Source of the DNA: Octopus sinensis
Taxonomy: Eukaryota
DNA length: 64,000 nucleotides
NCBI RefSeq assembly: GCF_006345805.1
Contig: NC_043003.1
Coordinates: 70,928,001 to 70,992,000 of the forward strand
Reading direction: 5' to 3'
The notes below the pieces were generated by a model that made no database searches, was not told where the DNA came from, and saw only the letters and a program-made list of their open reading frames with translations. Positions 1 to 13,379 of the stretch are shown here, in pieces. A program made the position numbers and the translations under genes. Positions within the stretch are counted from its first letter, which is position 1. Each line of letters opens with the position of its first letter.

Positions 1-100
1 GCTTAGCCATCGGGGTGGTGGCGATTGAAAAGCTAAAACAATGCGAACGCATTGTGACCAGCGATGTGTCACAACGTCTGATGGTCTGGTCAGTCACGTG

Positions 101-133
<33 letters not shown>

Positions 134-2556
134 ATAATATATATATATATATAATATATATATATATATTATATATATATATATATTGTATGTATGTGTA
201 CACAGAAAAAGACATACAGACAGACAGTGGGGCGGACAGACAGGCAAACAGACGGACAGACAGTGTTAGAGACTTTGATACATATTTATAGCTTGTTTTA
301 AATGCGAGTTGTATTTCATAATTTCTGTAGTTCGCTTGAATTTCATTGATGCGACTTGTGATTTTCTGACAACCGTATCGTTTACTGCTTTGATATTTGT
401 TTATTTAAGTGAAATTATATTGCACACCGCAATTATTTTTGACTTCATTCAATTCATATCGCCATATATCGTTGATTTTTTTCTGTGGGAGAATTTAAAG
501 AGAGCTAAGTAAATATGCCATAGTAGAAATGTTACGGATGGACAGCTGTATCACTATGTATACGCTGATACATCGGTTAATTTTATTTCGTGCAAACAAA
601 GAGCTGTCTAGGTTTAGTTTACTTAAAATGAACCTCATCACATCGAGTATAATAATTTCTGTCTCGAGTCCAAGAACTTACAAAGCCGGTTACCCGGTTT
701 CTGTATCATGACCAGAGATCACAATATCCACCTTTGAGTTGTTCACTTGTCCGTCGCAGGGTTAATCATTGACGGTTGAGTGAACTGGGGGTAGGGTGAA
801 ATGAAATGTTTTACTGAATAACACAACACTATGCTTGGTCCAGGAATAGAAACCGTGGTGTTGCCATCGTGAGTACGACACCCCAACCACTAGGTCACAT
901 GCCTTCGCTCACCACACCGTAGCAAATGCCTAACGTGGATCTCAAAAATGAAATAATTCTTGGAAAGGAATCCAGTTGCCAATCAATCACGTGGTTTATC
1001 AACATGTTTCTTAAATCCAAGATGAACGAGTGAAATTTTTAGAACGATTATCTATTGTTCATCTTTAAGGATTGTTTATGCTTCGTGTTGGTATTTATGG
1101 CTTTCTACTAAAAAAAATACAAAAACATGCGGAACACAAAGTATTCTAAGACCAAACAATTGTTCAATTTGAAACTAAATCACGTGATCCAAATATGTCT
1201 ATTGTGGAGTCCGTTTGGTTAAAATAATTCTACCCTGGTCAGCTTGTTTAACATAGTTCTAAACTGACAAAAGACTGGATGCGGACAGAAACTGAAAGGA
1301 ATCCCATGGTATATACATAGGTATTTTACGCACGCGTTCGCGCGTGTGTGTAAGTATGTGTGTGCGTAAGTGTGTTTGCTACCTCCAGAACTCGATAACC
1401 GATTCTGGTTTGTTTACATCATCTTGACTTACCAGTTAAAGAGATTGATAGAATAAATACTAGACTTTTTTTTAAAGTAGTTGGTCTGTTCGACTAAATT
1501 CTAAAGCCCGGCGACCCAGCATGGCAATGACTAATAACAGGCGGAGCCTTTCTACTGTTGATCTATACACAACAAATAATAATCAAATGCTCTCAAATCG
1601 TACCATTCCGTCTTTAAAGAAAGAAGGCATCGGAAAATGTGATCCTGTATTCGTCGCTGGTCAACCATATTGCATGGATAATAACGTAACCACTTCTTCT
1701 CCTCTGCCCGGTCTGTTTCCAGAAGCAAGGGCCTAACCCCAATTCCCCATGCCACCTCTCCACTCATAGGTATATTACAAAGGAAAGGTAAATGAATATA
1801 TGTTCACGGTGTCTATGTAGTTGCAAGGGGTACCAGTTATTGGTTAAATATAACTGTGCATATCTCCGAATTTTCTGTCGGAGATTATTCCGGTAGACTT
1901 TTTTAAATGCCTAACAAATTACCCCAACAAGATAATCGAATAAGACAAAAATTATGTTGGTCAACACTCGAACATCTACGTAGCTAAATAACAAGAACAA
2001 AAACATTACACAAATACTGCATGCTAATCTTAAACCTAAAGCAATTTCACCAAGACATGCGGCAAGACAAATGCTTAAATAATAACATTTAGGAAAATAG
2101 CTGATGCAAAAAACAAAATGACTGTACTCAATAGATTTATAATAGAAGAACATCGATCAATTTTGATAGCCAAATATAATCCAAAATTCAATATTCAGCT
2201 AATACATTCTCATAATGTAACTAAGCTTAGCTGGATTTATCTATAAATAATTTAAAATCCTGGAAATAATTCAGCGAGTGGACAAGCGATGCAATAACGC
2301 AATGATCTAATCCTTTGCTTCAATTACATTAATTTCAAATGTCTATCATTCCGGTGCATTTCGTTAGGTTGACAAATTCAGGATGATCGAGAAAAAAAAA
2401 AGTTAAATCCATCTTGAGAGACAGAGCTTCGTAAAACTTTAACATACCCGTGTTTCATGATGTATGTTTAAAAAAAGTTAGTGCCAACATATGTGTGCAT
2501 GTATGAAATTTTATATACAATACACACACACGCATATATATATATGTATATATATA

Positions 2557-2672
2557 TTGGCCTGCTCGCTTAGCCAGCGGGGTGGCGTCATTCGAAGGCT
2601 AAAACAATGCGAACGCATTGTGACCAGCGATGTGTAACAACATCTGATGGTCTGGTCGGTCACGTGATCACG

Positions 2673-2676
<4 letters not shown>
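2557..2676 (+). repeat. SINE 3' fragment embedded in (TA)n (also 1-101 plus and 35706-35886 minus)
   Basis: Shared sequence gcttagccagcggggtggc...ggtcacgtgat. Confidence 0.75.
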
Positions 2677-2713
<37 letters not shown>

Positions 2714-3081
2714 TAGATATTCTCGTGAATTGTTTGCCCCTGTATCGAGATTATTTCCACACTGATGGCTGCCATGATTTCGGTGCAAAACGAATAAGTT
2801 GCGATGCAGACTTCAAAAGTTGCGATGCAGACTTCAAAACGATAGGTGGAAGCCTCTATCATGGTAACGCGTGCTGAAGAAGCTAACGCTATTTTTGCCA
2901 GTACAGAAACCGGTCCACGTGAGTCCAAATACTTGAATGTATGCCGAGAGATTGTCTTAGCCTGATTTGCCTTCGGTTGATTTCTATAGTTATCAACAAT
3001 GTATTTTGGCGATTTAAATAAGAGTTTTGACTGTTATTTCCAGCAGGTAGACATACTTAATATGTCCTTTGATTAATTTTA

Positions 3082-3115
<34 letters not shown>

Positions 3116-3123
3116 ATATAATA

Positions 3124-3185
<62 letters not shown>

Positions 3186-3186
3186 C

Positions 3187-3218
<32 letters not shown>

Positions 3219-3575
3219 TTACATACATATAATATGTATTATATATATAATATATATATCTATACATATATATAAGATATACTAATACATACATATATAT
3301 GAGATACACAATATACATACATATGTATGAATAAAGATTTGTATATATATAATAATATATATATATATAGGAGAGAGAGAGAATGAAAGTAAAAGAGAGA
3401 GAATTAAAAGAGAGTAAGAGAGAGAGAATATTTTTAGTAAGCGGTTATCCCTTTCGATACACTGTCGGTTTAAAATAGATTGTTTTAAAAATTCTGTCTA
3501 CATAATGAGACCAATTCTGGGTGCTGATTAAGTACTTGGAGTTTTCAAATAGTGAACTCGAGCAATGTGACATGA

Positions 3576-3601
3576 AGGGTTAGGGTTAGGGTTAGGGTTA
3601 G
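3576..3601 (+). repeat. Short interstitial (TTAGGG)n, about 4 units
   Basis: agggttagggttagggttagggttag. Confidence 0.8.
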
Positions 3602-4046
3602 ATAATGTATCACCCAGTTCGGGAATCAAAACCACGCGCCTTCTCATCCTTCCTAGCTCGATAAAATAAATATCATTAAAGTACTGGAATTGATAAATCG
3701 ATGAAACCTAAAATATGAGATCTTATTGCAATGTTAGAAATCATTTCATCCTTTCTTTTTGTTTTCTCGATTCCTACGACTCAGAAGGCCCGGTTACCCG
3801 GTTACCCGGTTTCCACGGCGCATATAATGACTGAGATCGCAATATTCTCTAGAATAAGATACCCGCCTCGTAATTTATTTTATCGATTCCAAAGCGACAA
3901 AGGGCAAAGTTAACCTCGGTGGGGTTTGAACTGAGAACGTCAGAAGTCGGAAGAAATGCTGCTAAACATTTTGTCCGACGTGCAAGCGAGTCTGCCATCT
4001 CGTCGCCTTTTAGAAATTCTGACTGTATTATGTTTTTTCATTTCAG

Positions 4047-4145
4047 GTTATAAAGATGCTGATCGTCGTATTAATTGTCTTTATTCTTTGCTGGTCGCCT
4101 CAACAAATACTGTTGCTATGGGGACTCTTCCGTTCTAAGAAACAA
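4047..4145 (+). CDS. Class A (rhodopsin-like) GPCR internal exon encoding TM6: VIKMLIVVLIVFILCWSPQQILLLWGLFRSKKQ
   Basis: Acceptor tgttttttcatttcAG ends at 4046 and donor GTAAGG starts at 4146. 99 nt, phase 0/0, open frame, with the CWxP motif and a VIKML TM6 start. Upstream exons were not found in the window. Confidence 0.93.
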
Positions 4146-4650
4146 GTAAGGATTTATATTTACATATTTGCATATCACTAGCTGTTTGCTTAAACTTTTG
4201 TATTGTCAACAATACAATACGTTATATGGCTTCCTTCAATTTATTCCAGACGTGCTCTTTTCATCGTTGTCGTTGATGTTCTTGTTACATTTAGAATGTA
4301 AGGAAAATACATAACCACATCAAACATAACTTACATATGACTGAAAACATATATATATATATATATATGCAAACATACATTTAAGTATATATTACACACA
4401 CCTATTCGCAAATCCAGGGAAACGTCTTGGCTCAAACAATGAAGACTTGTCTCCTTGTCAGTAACAGACCTGAATCCCAAGAAAAAAAATTTCGATTAAA
4501 TCTGAAGAAAAACGAAAACGTCAGCATGTCTTCTCTTCTTTCTTGCTTCGGTTGATTTTTTTTTTCCAGATCTTGTTTCTATAAAAGAACATATAGTTCT
4601 CGTCATAGATATTACTTCCATATTAACTTCTGTCTTTCTTCTTCTTCCAG

Positions 4651-4816
4651 TTCCCTGCTTATATTGAAACTGTTCGCTTTGTGGCGTTGTACGTGGCCTA
4701 CTTAAACAGTTCTTTAAACCCAATACTCTATTGTGGTTTCAATGAAAATTTCCGAAAAGGTTTTATAGATGCTTTCCGTTGCAGCTTTTCCAAGAAAACT
4801 TTACGCATCTTCCCGA
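4651..4816 (+). CDS. Same GPCR, exon encoding ECL3-TM7-helix 8: FPAYIETVRFVALYVAYLNSSLNPILYCGFNENFRKGFIDAFRCSFSKKTLRIFP
   Basis: Strong polypyrimidine acceptor (tctttcttcttcttccAG, ends 4650) and donor GTAAGT at 4817. Phase 0 start matches the previous exon. NPxxY motif followed by FNENFRxGF, similar to NPFF/SIFamide-type receptors as recalled. Confidence 0.95.
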
Positions 4817-4900
4817 GTAAGTAACAACTTTGATTCATCGAGTTAAATGAACAACGTTAGATTTATGATTAATCTGTTGAATAATTACACACACACACAC

Positions 4901-4938
<38 letters not shown>

Positions 4939-4941
4939 ATG

Positions 4942-4991
<50 letters not shown>

Positions 4992-5022
4992 TATGGAGAA
5001 AATATACCAACGTTCTTTGTAG

Positions 5023-5198
5023 CAGCCTCGATAATTGCTAAGAATTCTCAACACGAAACACCAATGGTAGTCTTGTTGCCCCACAAATACAGAATATCTA
5101 TCGAACAAAACGGCGTTGAGCATTCATTCTCACTGTTCGATATTAAAATATCTCAATATTGTAACATGAAATTGCATTTGAACTTGGCCGTAATTTGA
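5023..5198 (+). CDS. Candidate terminal exon of the GPCR (C-terminal tail to TGA)
   Basis: Acceptor cgttctttgtAG/cAG (NAGNAG) is compatible with phase 1 and the frame is open to a stop at 5196-5198. No conserved motif supports it. Confidence 0.3.
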
Positions 5199-6591
5199 TC
5201 TCGCATCCACAAAATTAAATTAATTTAGCGGGAAGTAAATTTCTCGCTTAAATTAATTAAAATCAGTGAATATCATATTCAGAGAAAGTCAGAGAGAGAG
5301 AGAGACGGCGGTAGAGAAAGAGCTTGTGAGGGAGAAAGGAAGAAATAAGAATTCAAAATACTAAAGACTTCAATGAGAACAGGAAATGAGAGAGAATGGT
5401 AAAAACACTTAAGATTCAACCCTGAAGTGGATAGCTACATAGGAAAGGAAGAGATGGAGGGGATGAGCCTGTACAACCTTCTTAAATAAATGTGTACGTG
5501 CGTGTATGTGTGCTTTCAAATTGCTATTAATTCCGTGACTTATCTTTGCACTAAAACTATAACACAACACCTAAAGCTATATAAAGAAGACACCTGTTAA
5601 TTACCCAATACTTCCTATCGCATCGCTTCTTGCTTGACTGTCTTTACTCCTTCCGGAATCGATAAAATAAGTATCAATCAACTACTTGAGTCGATTTAAT
5701 TGAGTATAATATTCTTCCGACAAAGTTTAATATCTTGTTCATCTATTTTAGAAATATGTTACATTGCTTACAGCAATGAAATATGCCTCCCAGACCATCC
5801 CCCCCACACACACATATACCTGTACTAATTATTGCTTTTGTATTACCTGTTAAATTGGGGGGAAAGTCCCTAACGAAAATGCTATATCAAGACGATGAAC
5901 TTCTAAATATAAGCCGATAGTTATTACACCGCTTTCATCCTAATTCACCCGTTCTAAATATAAGGACGGGAAAGGTGGGGTGCACGGCGTAGTGGATACG
6001 GCGTTATCTTCACGATTATAAGATCATCGTTTCGATTTTTGAACCAGGTGGTGTATTATGCTTTTGAGCAAAACACTTCATTTGATATAACACCTGTCCA
6101 CTCAGCTGGAAATGATTAACCTTGCAATGGACTGACATCTTTTTCATAGGGAAAAGTTGTAATCCCAAGTCATTTGCGTACCATGGGAACCAGTAACTGA
6201 CCCTATGGTCCCTAACATCTGAAACAGTAGTGTCCAGGCTTTGATGATGATGATGATATTATGGACGGCGGCGGCTAGTTTCCCCTCCTCTTTTGCTATT
6301 TATTTATTTATTTATTTATTTATTTTGTATTTCCTTATAAAGATTTGTCGATATTTTCACACGTTATGAGATGACAGCACAAATCGTCTTAGTCTGATTT
6401 ATATCTTCTTCTTCTTCTTCTTCTTCTTCTCTTCTTCTTCTTCTTCTTCTTCTTCTTCTTCTTCTTCTTCTTTCATTCAACAATATTCAAGTGACAGACC
6501 AAGCGTCGCGTCGCGTCAACTTCACTGACAAAAATCACTTCAGGGCGTGATCAGATCCTGTCTTTGAGTGTGCACTGACACACATATGTAT

Positions 6592-6922
6592 GTGAAGGCG
6601 CATGGCTAAGTGGTTAGGGGGTGTTCGGTTCAAAGTCGTTTAACCCGTGTTTTCGCTACCCAGTGGCGCGTTGTGTTCTTGAGCAAGACACTTTATTTCA
6701 CGTTGCTCCAGTTCACTCGGGTGACAAAAGTGAGTAGTTCTTGCATTTCAAAGAACCATCCTTGTCACATTCCGTGTCACGTTGAATCTCCCTGAGAACT
6801 ACGTTAAGGGTACGCGTACCTGTGGGGTACTCAGCCACTTGCACGTTCATTTTCACGAGCAGGTTGTTCCATCGATCGGATCAACTGGAACCCTTGTCAT
6901 CCTAGCTGACAGAGCGCCAGTT
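6592..6922 (+). mobile_element. tRNA-derived SINE (related copy at 53425-53807, minus)
   Basis: A-box-like tggctaagtggttagg, then ttcttgagcaagacacttt and a body shared with 53425-53620. Confidence 0.8.
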
Positions 6923-7444
6923 CGTTACATATTCCTGTATGCTATATGTTATATTTTAATAATTACTGGTATCTTTATATATTAATATATTTTATATGTA
7001 AAGCATAATATGTTATACACGTATGTATATTCTTGTAATTGTCATTTTAGTAAATAAATAAATATGTTGACATAATATAATGTCTAAAAGTTGATGAACC
7101 ACCAATTGACCCCCTCCATTTTCTTATTGCTCTATAAATTAATGGTAAAATATCTCTTTACCTTCACCCATTTAGTACACTCGGTAATGTAATTGCAATG
7201 CAATAAAAAACATTTGTGTATTAATAATTGGGTATTCTGCCAGCAGTATATTGGATAGATATTATCCTTTAGTTGGTTGGATTCACAACCTCTAACTTTC
7301 TAGGAAATATATATATATATATGTTGATATTGATATATAAACTGTAACAGACAGCTGTGTCCCACAATTGACAGCTACGGTAAAATGTATGCATTTGTCT
7401 TTAAAATACCTTCCTATTGTCTCCATCTGACTGAATCTTACGAA

Positions 7445-7478
<34 letters not shown>

Positions 7479-8973
7479 ACGTGTTCCCGCACAGTTTCTG
7501 TCAGGTAAATTCCGTTATCTTCAACAGTAAAAAAAACCTACTCAAGGTTTTGCACAGTGGGATCGAAACTGGCAACAAGTGGTTACTAACCAAACTTCTA
7601 ACCCATGCATCCAATTTTTTAAACCTTGACGTTACTTTATTGTATTAGTTCCGACCTCGTCTGTTCTCTTGGTTCAGAATCCTGTCAAGGTAAACTTGGT
7701 CTTTTCCTCCATCCAGCGTCGTTAAAATAAACCCTAGTCATGTACTAGAGGTGAAGGCGAGTAGCCTAGTGGTCAAGGTATCATGCTCGTGGTCGCAAGA
7801 TTGTGGTTTCGATTCCCGGACAGGTTGGTGCGTTGTGCTCTCTGGAGCAAAACGCTTCATTTCACATTCCTCCAGTCCACACAGCTGTAAATGGGCCCAC
7901 CACCACCACCACCACCTGCGACGGACCGGCGTCCTGTTTAGAGAGAATGTCACTTATGGAAACCAGGCAACTGGTCTATGGAGTCTTAGAGATCGAGATA
8001 ATACTTCTCTTAATGTGTACAAGGGGCTGTTTCAACGGACAATGTCTCACCCTACTTCTACAGATTTGTGATTTTGTGGTAATTTGAAAAATCTTATTGG
8101 CCAAAAAAGTTTCGTTTTAGATTTCAAAGTTGTACAATAACATTTTAAATGTCAAAACTAATCCTTTATTTGTGTGAAGCTGTGGAAACTCTTGTAATTT
8201 CTTTTTTCCAGTGCGGAATATTGAGAGAACATCATCAGGGATCGGAGAAAGACATTCTTCTAGGTGTCGCTCAAGTAAGTTTTTGAAAATAATTAATTTT
8301 TTGCTCTTTTACTTCTTTTACTTGGCTCAGCTATTGAACTGCAGCCATGCTGGGGTACCACTTCGAAGGATTGAGTCAAATAAATCGACCCCAGTATTCG
8401 TTTAAATTTCGTGCTTATTTTATCGATCTCTTTTGCTGAACAGCTACTGTACGGGGACGTAATCAAATCAACACCGGTTGTCAAGCAGAGATGAGAGACA
8501 AACACAGAGGCTATAGTAGAAGACACTTGCCCAAGGTACCACGCAGCGTAACTGAACCTGGAACCATGTGGTTGGTAAGAGAGCTGCTTACCACACAGCC
8601 TACTATACTTATATATACGGAGAGAGTGAAAGGGAAGGAAGTGATAAGTGATAGTGAGATTGAATTTACCCGAAGTCTATAGACATTCGAAAGAGCAATG
8701 CCAAAACACGTGCAATATGGATATCAAATTTAACTGCCTTATCCTTTAAATATCTTTGGAGTCGAAGCACAGCCGAATAGTTTGGAAGCTCTTTCCGCAA
8801 CCGTGAGGTCATGGGTGCCAACTAACAGCGTGATACTATCTTTACACATTTCATTTCATACAAACCTCGAAATGACCCCTTTCTTGTGAGTGAAACTGAG
8901 AATAAAGAAGCTATATAGAAGTTTCGTGTATAGAATTGTACACGAAATTCAAAATATAGCACCAATTCAAATA

Positions 8974-10231
8974 TCAGGCTGAGTAAAAAGTAAGCAACAT
9001 TTTGAAACATGAAATTCATCTCAAAATATTTCAACAATGCGGAAATTTTATTCATCAAAGTAAGTACCATTACAATCAACGCGATTTTGTCAATGAGTTA
9101 CAATTTTGTTTATTTTGGTAACATAAAAATCTGAAGTTCTGGAACTTTGAACGCACTTTTGGCATCGGTTTTATTTTTGAACGCCTTCCCTCAAAGGAAA
9201 GCATCGAGGTGCTTGAAAATGCGGTAGTCAGTAGGAGAAAGGTCCAGACCTTTCTCCTACTGACTACCACTAAGCTGGGTGGAGAAGAACTTCGTAGTCC
9301 AGTTCCCTCAACTTCTGGAGCGTCATTAGTGAAAGGTTTGGTCGAGCATTGTCATGAAGAATGCCCCTCTTCTGTTGACTAGTCTGGAGTAGGAATTTTT
9401 CGTTCATTTTGGCAATTTCATGGCAATATATTTCTGCAGTAATGGCTTTTCCGGGTTTAAGAAGTATAGCAATACGCCACCAAACAGTCATCACAGCCTT
9501 CTTTTTGAAGAGCTTGGGTTTAGGGAAGTTTTGAGGCTTCATTTTGGTCCAGCCACTGCGAAGAACGTTTTTTATTATTGTGCAGAATCCACTTTCCATC
9601 GCAAGTTACAATACGGTCGAGAAATCGATCGGTCTGGTTATGGAGAAGAAGCCATGAGGAAATTTCATATCTGCGCATTTTCTGATTTTCATTCAAATCG
9701 TATGTCGAGCCCTTTTGATTTTCCGATCGCATGCAAATGATTGCAGGCAGTTTTCTGGCTAATTTGAAGTTCTTTTTGTCTGTTCTCGAGTGGTTTTACG
9801 TGGATCTTTCTCAATGACGGTCTTTTATTGACCGTCATCGATGACAGATGGGCATCCACTACGCTCACGATCTTCAAGGCTCAGGTCTCCACTGCGAAAT
9901 CATTTAAACCATTTTCGAGCTGAGCATTCACTGGTCATTTTCCTCACCACACGTTTCGTTAATTTCGCGAGCAGTCTCAGCTGCCTTACATTCTTTTTGG
10001 AAGTTGGATAGCAAAACTGCTCGAATATCGCGTTTTGACAGTTCCATTTCAGATGATTGTAACAACGGTGTGAAAAAATATCAATGTTGATTTAATGATG
10101 CATTTGGGCAAGTCTATGTCCGTATTATCAGACATTTGCAAAAACATGTTTAAAAGGAATTCAAAACTCTGCAAAGATCCAGTACAAATTCTTCGTGGTT
10201 CAAAACGTTTCTTACGTTTTACTCACCCTGA
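8974..10231 (-). mobile_element. Full-length decayed mariner DNA transposon (transposase pseudogene)
   Basis: About 26-bp TIRs (tcaggctgagtaaaaagtaagcaac versus the reverse complement of the right end) with TA on both sides. Fragments RIVTCDGKWILH, HDNARP and DLSPTDY, with stops and frameshifts. Confidence 0.92.
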
Positions 10232-10593
10232 TATTCCACATTCCGGAGCGGATTACATACGAGAGTTTCTCTTCAAATGTAGTTCCGGCTTTACTCAGAG
10301 CTATTCGTATAATTATTTTTGTAACAATTAAACCATGGAAGGCACAAATTAGCCGTTCAAAAGATTTAAACATTTAATATTTTATCTTTTATCTCTTTTA
10401 GCTTTTGCTTGCTGGAGTCATTAGACTGCAGCCATGCTGGAGCACCACCTTGCAGAACTTTTAGTCGATTGAGTCGGACACTGTATTTATTTGTTTTTTT
10501 TTATGCCTGGTACTTATTCTGTCGGTATCTTTTGCCGAACCGCTAAGTTACAAGTACGAAAACACACCGACACCAGTTGTCAAGCGGTGGTGG

Positions 10594-10641
<48 letters not shown>

Positions 10642-10659
10642 ATACAAAATGGGACAAGA

Positions 10660-11025
10660 ACGCAAAATATCCGGACAACTAGGTAATACAAAAAAGGACA
10701 ACAAAACATCCAGATAGACGATACAAAAAAACAAGGATGGGTTATTCGAAGCTTTCTATCCTCAGTCAAGAACCAGATCATCCTCGCAATTTCGGATGAT
10801 TATTTTTGAGATTGCTCCAATCTGGCCAGCCCCAAGGAAAAACATTAGATTCCTTGGAAGAAAGCATCGAATGTATACAAAAACAAGGACGGAAAGAATG
10901 TTACGCAAATATAAATACAATAAAAAAATAAATACAATAAAAATAATAACAGGACATAACAACAGGTGTCTTTCGACTAAGGACGAATTGAATTAAGCTG
11001 GTGCGTGTGGAAATGAAGCCTTACG
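10660..11025 (+). repeat. Unclassified interspersed repeat (rearranged copy at 18160-18560)
   Basis: Shared attgctccaatctggccagc...ttccttggaagaaagca and cataacaacaggtg...gccttacggc segments. Confidence 0.7.
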
Positions 11026-11045
11026 GCAGAGATACAAAAGTTTTA

Positions 11046-11618
11046 CAAACACAGGCAAGTAAATAGAACCCCATCAAGAAGCATCGTTTTATGTTCTAAC
11101 TTGTAAAGATTTATATTTTTTTATTAATTGACATTTTTATGTTTCTGGTACTATATGTACTATATGCCACGTACAAAAGAACCCTTGGAACTGTCCAAAT
11201 TTCAAAGAGGCCGCATTGAGGGGCAATCTGAAAGTGGACTTAGCGTAAAATCACAGAAAACCTCTATTAACTGATATCTACAATTAATAGAGTGATTGCA
11301 CAATTCACCAGAGAGGGGAAGGAGTCCACTTCACCTCGCCCAGATCAACTAGGGTCCTCTGACAGGACCCATCTCTTTGCTAAGAGAAGTGTGGAGGATA
11401 ATCCTCGTTGCAAGGCGTCTGACATAGCAGAACAAGTTTATGTCAGTCCCAGAACAGCTCTCAGGTATCTCTACAAACTTGGTTACTATGGCGAAACAGA
11501 AAGAAGGAAGCCACTTCTTAGACCAGCCAGCCAACATCAAGCAGAGAAAAGATTACGTCAGTGAGATGGTGGAGAGGCCACTAGCATTTTGGGACGCTGT
11601 CATATTCTCTGATGAGTC
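11046..11618 (+). mobile_element. 5' half of a Tc1-like transposon, truncated at the FSDES motif by a (TA)n tract
   Basis: Colinear with 58079-58660. MPRTKE start and the RKKPLL and IFSDES motifs. Confidence 0.85.
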
Positions 11619-11650
11619 CATATATATGTATATATATATATATATATATT

Positions 11651-11687
<37 letters not shown>

Positions 11688-11714
11688 TATATATATATAT
11701 ATATATAATATATA

Positions 11715-11758
<44 letters not shown>

Positions 11759-11837
11759 TAATAATAGACAGCAAAAGAATGAATAAGACCTCGAGATTAT
11801 GTAAAATAGAGGAGTTTATCTACAAATATAATATGTG

Positions 11838-12016
11838 ACAATTAGTTGGTTGTCATAATAAAACTCAGAGTTTCGGATGCTGGGACTGAAGTCTGCTCCG
11901 GTATCTCATCCGTTATTAAGACAAATGCTATGTCGTAATAACTAATGAGATGCCGGAGCAGACTTCAGCCCCGGCATCCGAAACTCTGAATTTTTTTATG
12001 ACAACCAACTAATTGT
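11838..12016. repeat. Fold-back element with about 81-bp imperfect arms
   Basis: Arms 11838-11918 and 11936-12016. Confidence 0.9.
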
Positions 12017-12156
12017 AATATATATATGGGCTTCTTTCAGTTTCCGTCTACTAAAACCACTCAGAAGGCATATATAACCTCAGCCCGACTGAACCCAAAA
12101 CCATATCGTAGGGAAGCAAGCTTCTTACCACCCAGCCACTCCAGCACCTAATAATA

Positions 12157-12614
12157 CTGGGTTGAGGAAAAAGTTCGTGCGCCGTATTAAAATAATGAAT
12201 TTTTTTATGCAAGAATTTATTCAACACCAACAACAACTATTCTTCAAAATAAAGACCATCATTTTCCATGACATTCGGCCAAAGATCTGCAAGGTTTCGG
12301 ATTTGGTCAAAGTACTTCTTCAACTTCATCGAATGACTGAAATCGGCGAACTTTCATAAAATGCTGCACAGATCGGAAGAGACCGCTGTCAGATGGAGCA
12401 ACGTCTGGACTATAGGCTGGATGCGGCGGAACTTCCACACCGTCCAATTTTTCAATCTTGTTGCTGGTCTTTCTGGCGGTGTATGGCTTTGCATTGTCTT
12501 ATTGCAACAAAACTCGTTTTCGACAAAGACAATGAGTCACCATTAAACATGACATTTACTGAATGAACTCACCACAAAAATATATACGGCTCGCGATCTT
12601 TTTCCCCAACCAGA
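12157..12614 (-). mobile_element. Internally deleted mariner (both TIRs plus transposase C-terminus)
   Basis: Inverted ends ctgggttgaggaaaaagttcgtgcgccgta / tacggctcgcgatctttttccccaaccaga flanked by TA. Minus frame reads DNAKPYTA...HPAYSPDVAPSD. Confidence 0.85.
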
Positions 12615-12987
12615 TAGTAGTGTTTTAATTAAAACACAAAAGGCTTGCAGGATCAAATAGCTTGTAGGGCAAGTACATCGCCGTAACATTTTTTTTTTCC
12701 TTTCAATACTTAACAAATGCAACTTTGTAGCGAGAATCTAGCAAAATGCCCGATAAAGTAGTTTTCAGTGTGTCTAGCTTAATACAATATGCAGAAGAAC
12801 TGAACACACAAACAGTTGTTTGTGTGAAATATTTATTAAAATAAGTATAGAAATTTCAATTATGTTACGTTTTAAGCAAATATTGACACTTAAAGGTTTA
12901 TGGCTTCTGTTCTCGCCTGCGATAATATACATTGGTGTAAAGTCAATCGATTTTCTTCTCACCTTTCTGCCTACGTGTGCGTGTGTG

Positions 12988-13039
<52 letters not shown>

Positions 13040-13133
13040 GTGTGTGTGTGTGTGTGTGTCTGTGTCTGTGTCTGTGTGTGTGTGTGCGTGTGTGTATGTA
13101 TGCATGTATGTATAAATGTATGTATATATATAT

Positions 13134-13208
<75 letters not shown>

Positions 13209-13263
13209 ATACATACATGTATATATATATGCATACATACATGTATATCTATCTATCTATCTA

Positions 13264-13298
<35 letters not shown>

Positions 13299-13348
13299 GG
13301 AGAGAGAGAGAGAGACATACATTTGTATATTTATGTGTGTATACTGAC

Positions 13349-13379
<31 letters not shown>

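Noticed and set aside
1521-1787. ORF 1521-1736 and the donor-like GTAAAT at 1788 as the upstream GPCR exon
   Set aside because: The phase-0 frame needed to join the TM6 exon contains stops (1734 and 1767), and there is no TM5 motif.
11608-11616. CTGATGA motifs at about 11609 and 58647 as hammerhead cores
   Set aside because: They are the SDE codons of Tc1 transposase and have no stems or downstream GAAA.
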